Shown here piece after piece: positions 10,016 to 16,630 of a stretch of DNA of 57,386 nucleotides; the stretch's first letter is position 1, and each line of letters begins with the position of its first letter. The stretch spans positions 9,555-66,940 of the forward strand of contig DAPT01000073.1 of assembly GCA_002502215.1 (NCBI GenBank), in the 5' to 3' direction. The DNA is from Euryarchaeota archaeon UBA124. GTDB taxonomy: Archaea > Thermoplasmatota > Poseidoniia > Poseidoniales > Poseidoniaceae. Under the pieces are notes generated by a model. It made no database searches, had not been told where the DNA came from, and saw nothing but the letters and a program-made list of their open reading frames with translations. A program made the position numbers and the translations under genes.

Positions 10016-10255
10016 TTATGCCACGTTATTGACTGACTTTGGGCATCTATTGCAAGCGGATTTCTTCTTTTTCTTGTACTTCTTGCAGCATTTCTTCTTG
10101 GCCTTTTTCGTTTTCTGATTGATGAAAGTTTCAGGTTCGCTCAGCTGGCTCAAATTGTTGCATGGAAAAACATCCATTCGTTGCAATGAATCCATGGAAT
10201 GTGATCCCTTCATAACGAAGGATTCGAGTGTGAGTATGTCGTTCTGGGGGCGCAT
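10016..10255 (-). CDS. Possible small Lys/Cys-rich protein (79 aa; may be non-coding)
   Basis: This is the only ORF of 60 aa or more in the 463-nt AT-rich gap upstream of nuoA, and it is divergent from nuoA. Its C-terminal half is QKTKKAKKKCCKKYKKKKKSACNRCPKSV. I recognise no homology. The composition could simply reflect AT-rich DNA. Confidence 0.25.
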   Translation of the reverse strand: MRPQNDILTLESFVMKGSHSMDSLQRMDVFPCNNLSQLSEPETFINQKTKKAKKKCCKKYKKKKKSACNRCPKSVNNVA

Positions 10256-10266
10256 ATTACGAATTA

Positions 10267-10303
10267 GTTTAGGGTTGCCTAAAACGTTTAGGGTTGCCTA
10301 AAA
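10267..10303. promoter_or_regulatory. Two tandem copies of an 18-nt element GTTTAGGGTTGCCTAAAA, each containing the palindrome TTTAGG-N4-CCTAAA
   Basis: Exact copies lie at 10267-10284 and 10286-10303, separated by 1 nt (19-nt period). They sit about 100 nt upstream of the nuoA ATG (10400) and 12 nt upstream of the divergent small ORF start (10255). Confidence 0.45.
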
Positions 10304-10399
10304 AAGGTGCCCCAGTTCTTATGGTGTATTGGGAACGCTTATGGAGGGCATTCAAGTGGCATTAAACAGAGTGCGGAGACGTTCTTGAGGCGATGGCAA

Positions 10400-10867
10400 A
10401 TGGTCGACACAGGTTCAGTCCCGAGCGCTTATCTCTCAATCGGATTTTTGGCGATTGTTGGCATCCTCATGCCGCTTACAAATTTCATCATGTCATGGGC
10501 ACTCCGACCACGAACCGACCCAGCGCGCCCCCACATTACCAGGTCCTACCTCTTGGAAGGCTACGAGCGTGATCACAGCCTCTACCCACGTCGTCTTTCC
10601 ACATTCGAATGCGGAAGCGAACCAATTGGGGATGCGATGATTCAATTTCACTTCCAATATTACTGGTACGCCATCGTCTTCTTGGTCTTCGATGTTGCCT
10701 TTATGTTCCTCGTTCTTGCCGGCATGGTTACTGCTGATGAGACTTCAAAGACAACCGGAGACATCGCGAACGCCGAAGCAGGCTTAGCGATTATTGGAGT
10801 GTTCTTTGCCATCATGTCACTCGGCGTGTGGTATGTGTTCCGCAAGCGAGGCCGAATCTACATTTGA
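10400..10867 (+). CDS. nuoA: NADH-quinone oxidoreductase (complex I-like) subunit A
   Basis: ND3/NuoA signature FECGSEPIGDAMIQFHFQYYWYAIVFLVFDVAFMFLV and three hydrophobic helices. It is the first gene of the nuo cluster. I trimmed the start to ATG 10400 (MVDTGSVPSAYLSIGFLAIVG); the exact start is uncertain. Confidence 0.88.
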   Translation: MVDTGSVPSAYLSIGFLAIVGILMPLTNFIMSWALRPRTDPARPHITRSYLLEGYERDHSLYPRRLSTFECGSEPIGDAMIQFHFQYYWYAIVFLVFDVAFMFLVLAGMVTADETSKTTGDIANAEAGLAIIGVFFAIMSLGVWYVFRKRGRIYI

Positions 10868-10877
10868 GGTGAATCAT

Positions 10878-11471
10878 ATGGCAGAATCTGGAGAAAACTA
10901 CACTGCATTCAACAGTCGAGCATTGGTTGAAGTTGTCGGCGACGTTACCGATGAAGCGCTCAAGGCGACAAAGATCAAACAATTGCTTTCGGTTCTCGCT
11001 GGCCGATTCTTCAACTGGGGTGGCCGAAAATCCCTCTTCACACTCCACCTTGGAATCAAGTGTTGTGCCATCGAAATGGCTGCTGCGGCAACTCCTCGGT
11101 TCGACGGAGATCGATTCGGTGTACTGTTCCGTTCGTCTCCTCGTCAATCCGATGTTCTTCTTGTGAACGGGCCTATCAGCAAAAAGTTCGCTGACAAGGT
11201 CGTTCGACTCTGGGAACAAATGCCAGAGCCGAAGTACTGCATCGCTATGGGCGAATGCGCAATCTCTGGCGGACCTTACTTCCAATCCTACAACATCTTG
11301 GAAGGTGTTGACACCGTTATTCCAGTCGACGTCTATGTTCCTGGATGCCCTCCACGCCCGGAAGCCCTTATTGATGGATTTGGACTTCTTCGTGAGAAGA
11401 TCATTCGAATTGGTGGTGCGCCGAGCACAGGCCGTGATGGTGAGAAACCCGTGATTGTAGGAGAGGACTGA
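10878..11471 (+). CDS. nuoB: NADH-quinone oxidoreductase subunit B (PSST/N2 cluster subunit)
   Basis: Motifs LGIKCCAIEM, CIAMGECAISGGPY and VPGCPPRPEAL supply the N2 Fe-S ligands. GAGGTGA lies 5-6 nt upstream of ATG 10878. The longer listed ORF overlaps nuoA. Confidence 0.95.
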   Translation: MAESGENYTAFNSRALVEVVGDVTDEALKATKIKQLLSVLAGRFFNWGGRKSLFTLHLGIKCCAIEMAAAATPRFDGDRFGVLFRSSPRQSDVLLVNGPISKKFADKVVRLWEQMPEPKYCIAMGECAISGGPYFQSYNILEGVDTVIPVDVYVPGCPPRPEALIDGFGLLREKIIRIGGAPSTGRDGEKPVIVGED

Positions 11472-11472
11472 G

Positions 11473-12123
11473 ATGGGAATGAGCATCTCTGCTGAACAAA
11501 ATGCAGCTGCTGCTGCTGCCTTCGCTGAGCAAGTTGAGCGCCAATTTGGCGGAAGCGGCGTTACAGTATCCGTTGAAAACCACAACAATGCTGCAAAGTA
11601 TGCGTTCATACGAATGACATGCCCGCCTCAGCATTGGATCGCAGTCGCTAAATGGATGCGTTTTGATGGAGGCGTCAATTATTGTTCGATGGTTACAGGT
11701 ACACATTACCCAGAAGGAACAGATCGCGGATGGGGCGTAGCGTATCACTTCTTGCGACAACCTGTACGCGATGTCAACCCGTTTACTGCAGATGTTCTCG
11801 AGGCCAGTGAACTTGAAGGCGCTTCTATACCCCTCGAAGTCGAAGTTCTCATCGACTTACCCAGCGGCGATGCTCCGGTGGTTCCAAGCGTCCAATCCAT
11901 TTGGATAGGTGCGGATTGGAATGAAAAGGAGACCTGGGATCTTGTCGGTATCCGATTTGAAGGCCACCAAAACATGCATCGTGTCTTGAATCCTCACGAC
12001 AGTCCAGAAGGATTCCACCCGTTGCAAAAGCAACACCAAATCCGTTACCACGATTTCAATGAAATGTACGACGATGCACAAGGATTTGTGCGCAAACCTT
12101 CGGATGAAGGCCGCGTAAAGTGA
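11473..12123 (+). CDS. nuoC: NADH-quinone oxidoreductase subunit C (30 kDa)
   Basis: ATG lies 1 nt after the nuoB stop. The conserved core is WIGADWNEKETWDLVGIRFEGHQNMHRVLNP. Confidence 0.9.
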   Translation: MGMSISAEQNAAAAAAFAEQVERQFGGSGVTVSVENHNNAAKYAFIRMTCPPQHWIAVAKWMRFDGGVNYCSMVTGTHYPEGTDRGWGVAYHFLRQPVRDVNPFTADVLEASELEGASIPLEVEVLIDLPSGDAPVVPSVQSIWIGADWNEKETWDLVGIRFEGHQNMHRVLNPHDSPEGFHPLQKQHQIRYHDFNEMYDDAQGFVRKPSDEGRVK

Positions 12124-12132
12124 GGTGAGCAT

Positions 12133-13272
12133 ATGGCACAAATGTGGATTACAATGGGCCCTCAGCACCCGATGACACACGGCCTCTGGACACTTCGAGT
12201 AAAGGTTGATGGAGAAACCGTTGTCGATACAGAAGCTGAACTTGGTTACATTCATCGCGGTGTAGAAAAGATTGCAGAAGCGAGAGATTTCACTCAAGTG
12301 ACACCGTATTGTGACCGTCTCTGTTACGTAAGCGCCATGACATGGGCCAACTCCTACATCTACGCAGCAGAAGACTTGCTTGAAGTGGAAGTTCCGGAAC
12401 GTGCTGAATACATTCGACTTATTGCTGCTGAACTGCAACGACTCGCATCGCACTTGATGTGGCTTGGAGCCTTTGGCCCCGACATAGGAAACCTGACGTT
12501 GATGACATGGTGCATGAGGGACCGTGAGATGTTCCTCGATCTTCTGCAAGAGCTTGGAGGGTCACGAATGCACTACAACTATCCGCGAATTGGTGGTGTA
12601 AAACGCGACATTCCAGTAGGGTTTGCCGACCGTGCCCGAGCAAAAATCAAGTTGTTTGAGAACCGAATCAATGAATACGAAATGATGCTCGACGAATCGA
12701 CCATCTGGCTCGTGCGCCTTCAGGGCGTTGGCTATTCTCGAGCAGAAGACATGGTCAACTCAGGGGTGTCTGGACCGAATGTTCGTGCTGCTGGAGTCAA
12801 CTACGACGTACGTTGGGCACACCCATACTCTGTCTACGATCAGGTCGACTGGGAGCCGGCGGTTGAGAAACCAACATCGGTCAAAGGTGCTGATTGCTAT
12901 GATCGCTACCGTGTTCGAATGGAAGAAATGCGCCAATCATGCAAAATGACGCTTGACGCTCTTGATAAGATTCCTGGCGGAGCCAACACTCACTACAACA
13001 CGGGCGATGAGATGATCATCACCAAGGCCCCCACTCGTGCGCCTGAGGGTGCAACGGGATTCAGCAATTACGAATGCACACGCGGCGCTTCACAATTCTA
13101 CATTCAAGGCGGCGGTGATGGACGAGGAAAGAACCCATACCGACTCTCAATCCGATCACCAATGTTCATCACCATTCCTTACGTTGCAAAGACCATGATT
13201 GGTTACAAGGTTGCAGATATCCCTGCAATCATGGGCAGCTTTGACCCCTGCATTGGAGAGACAGATCGTTGA
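12133..13272 (+). CDS. nuoD: NADH-quinone oxidoreductase subunit D (49 kDa)
   Basis: Motifs MGPQHPMTHGLWTLRVKVDGE, GYIHRGVEKIAE and the C-terminal MGSFDPCIGETDR. GAGGTGAG lies upstream of the ATG. Confidence 0.95.
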   Translation: MAQMWITMGPQHPMTHGLWTLRVKVDGETVVDTEAELGYIHRGVEKIAEARDFTQVTPYCDRLCYVSAMTWANSYIYAAEDLLEVEVPERAEYIRLIAAELQRLASHLMWLGAFGPDIGNLTLMTWCMRDREMFLDLLQELGGSRMHYNYPRIGGVKRDIPVGFADRARAKIKLFENRINEYEMMLDESTIWLVRLQGVGYSRAEDMVNSGVSGPNVRAAGVNYDVRWAHPYSVYDQVDWEPAVEKPTSVKGADCYDRYRVRMEEMRQSCKMTLDALDKIPGGANTHYNTGDEMIITKAPTRAPEGATGFSNYECTRGASQFYIQGGGDGRGKNPYRLSIRSPMFITIPYVAKTMIGYKVADIPAIMGSFDPCIGETDR

Positions 13273-13281
13273 AGTGATACC

Positions 13282-14790
13282 ATGGACGACATATACGACC
13301 TGAGAAGTCTCTTCATTGGAGAAGAGAGTTTTGCTCATAAGACCATAACTTCTCTTCTCGAAGGAACACCTCTTGAGGAAAGCTCCTCAGCAATTGCATT
13401 CGGTGTCGGAACCTTTGCGGTCGTTAACATTGTGTTCTTGCTTCTGTTTTTCTCCCAATTCGCAATCCTATGGATTGAGCGAAAAGCCGTTGCTCGAATG
13501 AACGACCGACGTGGTGCAACAACTGCTCTTCGTTCACTCTGGGTTGGCGAAAACGGTGTGACCGCTGGCGCGTGGTGGAACATGTTGCCATTCGGACTAG
13601 GCCGTCCCGTTGGTGCACTCAACAAGTGGCTCAACAATCGCTTCGGAAACGCATCCGATCACGAGACGGTTGACCGTGTTGGGAATCGCTCATGGATGGG
13701 CCTTAGCATCCTTCCAGGTTTCTTCCAGAACGTTGCGGATGGAATGAAATTTCTCGTGAAGGAACACATGGTACCACGTCGTGCAGACAAACTCATCTTT
13801 GAGGTTTCACCGTTCCTTATTGTCTCAACAACGCTTCTGATTCTCGGCATGATTCCACTTTCAAGCGGAATTTATGCAACAAACCCGGACCTTTCGATTC
13901 TCTACATTATTGCCATTTTTGGAATTGCTCCGATCGGTGTCTTCTTTGCAGGTTGGTCTTCCAACAACAAATACACGCTCATCGGAGGTATTCGTTCAGC
14001 GGCCCAACTGACCGCTTACGAGATTCCACTTTTACTCACACTTCTTTCTGTTGCTATGCTCACGGGTACGTTCAACATTATTGAAAGCGTCCACTTCCAA
14101 CATACAGCAGGAGCATGGAACATCTTCCTTATGCCACTGGGTGGTGCTTTGTTCCTCATCACCATGATCGCTGAAGTTGAACGTGTACCGTTCGACATGC
14201 CAGAAGCCGAAGCCGAACTTGTTGAAGGGTGGTGGACTGAATACGGGGGCATGCGTTTCGGAATGTTGTTCATGGCCGAATACATTCGAACTTATGCAGC
14301 ATGTTTCCTCTTTACTCACTTTTTCCTCGGTGGATGGCACCTTCCCTTCCAGGGCATCATTGGAAGCATCCCGTATCTTGGTCCTGCCTACCTTTTGATT
14401 CCAGGTGCTCTTGTCGTTCTCATCAAGGCATGGCTCGTTTTCCTTATCGTCTTCGTTTGGGCGCGATTCTCACTCGCTCGTATCCGAACCGACCAAATCC
14501 TCGAGTTTGGTTGGCGTATGCTCCTCCCTCTTGCCGTCCTGCAAGTCGTTCTTGCAGCAGTCTACCGTCTTTACCTGTTTGACCTTTCAGGCATGTCTGA
14601 CTCAACCTACGGAGGAACCGCTTGGGATGCGTTTGGAATCCCGTTCCTCGTCCCAGCTTTGACCACAATCCTGTGGCTTGCTCTCTTCTTCCTCTTGCTC
14701 AATGATACGGGCAAGAACGAGCGCACTGAGCGTATGTACCACGTGCAAACGGTGCAACCCGCAGGTACACATACTCCTGGACAGGACTGA
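13282..14790 (+). CDS. nuoH: NADH-quinone oxidoreductase subunit H (ND1), unusually long (502 aa)
   Basis: ND1 signature EVERVPFDMPEAEAELVEGWWTEYGGMRFGMLFMAEY and motifs WIERKAVARM...GFFQNVADGMKFLVKE. Many TM helices. An N-terminal extension, an insertion in the first loop and a C-terminal extension are present. Confidence 0.9.
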   Translation: MDDIYDLRSLFIGEESFAHKTITSLLEGTPLEESSSAIAFGVGTFAVVNIVFLLLFFSQFAILWIERKAVARMNDRRGATTALRSLWVGENGVTAGAWWNMLPFGLGRPVGALNKWLNNRFGNASDHETVDRVGNRSWMGLSILPGFFQNVADGMKFLVKEHMVPRRADKLIFEVSPFLIVSTTLLILGMIPLSSGIYATNPDLSILYIIAIFGIAPIGVFFAGWSSNNKYTLIGGIRSAAQLTAYEIPLLLTLLSVAMLTGTFNIIESVHFQHTAGAWNIFLMPLGGALFLITMIAEVERVPFDMPEAEAELVEGWWTEYGGMRFGMLFMAEYIRTYAACFLFTHFFLGGWHLPFQGIIGSIPYLGPAYLLIPGALVVLIKAWLVFLIVFVWARFSLARIRTDQILEFGWRMLLPLAVLQVVLAAVYRLYLFDLSGMSDSTYGGTAWDAFGIPFLVPALTTILWLALFFLLLNDTGKNERTERMYHVQTVQPAGTHTPGQD

Positions 14791-14801
14791 GGTGAAGAAA
14801 C

Positions 14802-15785
14802 ATGCCTACACACCCTCAAGCAAAACCGAATTTCCGAAATTTGTTCTGGTATCCTTTCAAGATTACCTTGATTACAGCGCTCAGAACCTTTCCGTTCCTA
14901 GGGCGCATGTTCCCAAAGAAATTAGGAATGGGATACCACAATACTTCCCACCCTGAATTCTTGGACGAGGCAAGCGAACATCGGGCAAAAAGTCGAGCAA
15001 AGTACAACGACATATCAAAGCAAGAATTTGCCCCTGACCGCGTTACATCGGATTTGTTCCCGAGTTTGTGGAAGCCGCAAACGGTTCAGTATCCGTACGA
15101 GCGCCTTGAAGACATGGAACCATGGCTGTTCGTACCTGGAAACTACAACGGACGAATCGGTGTCATCTGGGAGACCTGTACGGCATGCAAGATGTGCGTT
15201 AACATATGTCCAAACGATTGTTTGCACATGACCACAGAACTGCGTGTTGACGTTCTCGACAACGCAGAGGGCGAATACGATGGCTATGGTGCTGAACTCG
15301 AAGTCGGTGGATATGCCGCCAAGTTCCGAGAAGAAGTGACCGAAGAACTGGAATCCTTTGACCTCATCACCGCACACTCAGCACCTCCTTCTGAATGGAG
15401 GTTTGCTCAAGTGTTGGATCTCTCAGGAGACACTGCAACGGTTCGATGGAATGATTCGGGGCAAGAGGAGATTCTTGCTCAATCCGATCTCCGCACAGCC
15501 GACGATCAAATTGTATCTGGTCGCATTGACATCGGTCGCTGCATGTTCTGCGGACTTTGCATGGAAGCCTGTGGCTTCACATCGTTCTTCATGACCAACG
15601 AATACGACGGTATGTCTGGCTTCACTCGACAGGATCTATGGTTCGATGCAAATCGGACTCGCGTTCTACCTTCAGTTCACCAAGAAGCGGTTGATGGCGA
15701 GCTTGCAAAGCGTGCCACCAAAGAACGCGATAAGCGGGCAAAGGCTGCTGCAAAAGCAGCCAAGGCCGCTGAGGAAGGTGCCTGA
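14802..15785 (+). CDS. nuoI: NADH-quinone oxidoreductase subunit I (2x4Fe-4S ferredoxin), expanded (327 aa)
   Basis: Two cluster motifs: CTACKMCVNICPNDC (from about 15176) and CMFCGLCMEACG (from about 15539). There is a long N-terminal extension, an inter-cluster spacer of about 105 aa, and a Lys/Ala-rich tail KRAKAAAKAAKAAEEGA. Confidence 0.88.
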   Translation: MPTHPQAKPNFRNLFWYPFKITLITALRTFPFLGRMFPKKLGMGYHNTSHPEFLDEASEHRAKSRAKYNDISKQEFAPDRVTSDLFPSLWKPQTVQYPYERLEDMEPWLFVPGNYNGRIGVIWETCTACKMCVNICPNDCLHMTTELRVDVLDNAEGEYDGYGAELEVGGYAAKFREEVTEELESFDLITAHSAPPSEWRFAQVLDLSGDTATVRWNDSGQEEILAQSDLRTADDQIVSGRIDIGRCMFCGLCMEACGFTSFFMTNEYDGMSGFTRQDLWFDANRTRVLPSVHQEAVDGELAKRATKERDKRAKAAAKAAKAAEEGA

Positions 15786-15786
15786 G

Positions 15787-16062
15787 ATGGACGTCGCCTC
15801 AACGACCGAAACAATCATTTTTTTCGTGTTCGCTACAATTACCATCCTTGGAGCGTTGGGGCTAATCTATGCACAACGAGTTGCACATTCGATGCTCTCA
15901 CTGATTTTCTGTTTCATGGCCGTATCAGGTATCTTCATCCTCATGGGTGCCGAATTCTTGGCCGCCATCCAAATTCTCGTTTATTTGGCCAGCGTTGGTT
16001 TGGTCGTTTTGTTTGGTATTATGCTGACGCGCCGACAAATTCAGGAGGAGGATTTTGAATGA
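15787..16062 (+). CDS. nuoJ: NADH-quinone oxidoreductase subunit J, N-terminal piece (TM1-3)
   Basis: ATG 15787 lies 1 nt after the nuoI stop. ND6/NuoJ-like sequence GAEFLAAIQILVYLASVGLVVLFGIMLT. The listed longer ORF overlaps nuoI. Confidence 0.8.
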   Translation: MDVASTTETIIFFVFATITILGALGLIYAQRVAHSMLSLIFCFMAVSGIFILMGAEFLAAIQILVYLASVGLVVLFGIMLTRRQIQEEDFE

Positions 16063-16325
16063 GATTGATGTCTACACTAACCCGTCTTGGCTTGATTTTC
16101 CTTGCCGGTGCAATGATTACAGTTCTTGGAACGTCCGAACTTTGGGACGAAGAACCGAAGGAAATCACCACCCTTGATCTCGCAAACACAATGCTCGATG
16201 ATTGGGCTCTTCCCTTGCTCATTCTTGGTGTTCTGATGGCCATGGCTATGATGGGTGCTGCTTACCTCGTTCGGGACGAACGTCGTGAAAATTTGGAATG
16301 GGAGCAGCGAGGTGAAGACGCATGA
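16059..16325 (+). CDS. NADH-quinone oxidoreductase subunit J, C-terminal piece (TM4-5), separate ORF
   Basis: ATGA overlap with the preceding ORF. Two hydrophobic helices (LGLIFLAGAMITVLG; LPLLILGVLMAMAMMGAAYLV) occupy the position of the NuoJ C-terminal half, between nuoJ-N and nuoK. Confidence 0.65.
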   Translation: MRLMSTLTRLGLIFLAGAMITVLGTSELWDEEPKEITTLDLANTMLDDWALPLLILGVLMAMAMMGAAYLVRDERRENLEWEQRGEDA

Positions 16326-16624
16326 TTGATCCAGCATGGGTAAGCGTTCTTTCTGCTATTTTGTTCACCATCGGTCTGTGGGGCGCTTTCACTCGGAAGA
16401 ATGCCATCGTCGTCTTGATGTGTCTTGAATTGATTCTCAACGCTGCGAATCTTCAGTTTGTTGCAGCAGCCATCCAACATGGAGACGCATCCGGTTGGGT
16501 TTACGCCATTTTTGCTATTGCCATAGCAGCCTCAGAGGTTGCCATTGGTCTAGCCATTTTCCTCGCCATGTACGGCCAACACGAAACGATTTCACTCGAT
16601 GACGTGAATCTCTTGAAACACTGA
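16322..16624 (+). CDS. nuoK: NADH-quinone oxidoreductase subunit K (ND4L)
   Basis: 100 aa with three TM helices. Signature MCLELILNAANLQFVA...IAIAASEVAIGLAIFL. ATGA overlap with the previous ORF. Confidence 0.9.
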   Translation: MIDPAWVSVLSAILFTIGLWGAFTRKNAIVVLMCLELILNAANLQFVAAAIQHGDASGWVYAIFAIAIAASEVAIGLAIFLAMYGQHETISLDDVNLLKH

Positions 16625-16630
16625 GGTGAG

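Noticed and set aside
10812-11609. 265-aa minus-strand ORF antisense to nuoB/nuoC. The 230-aa ORF at 11857-12549, antisense to nuoC/nuoD, is a similar case.
   Set aside because: The plus strand carries unmistakable NuoB/C/D motifs across the same nucleotides. The antisense translations have no motifs and are Cys/Ser/Arg-rich, as expected for shadow ORFs.
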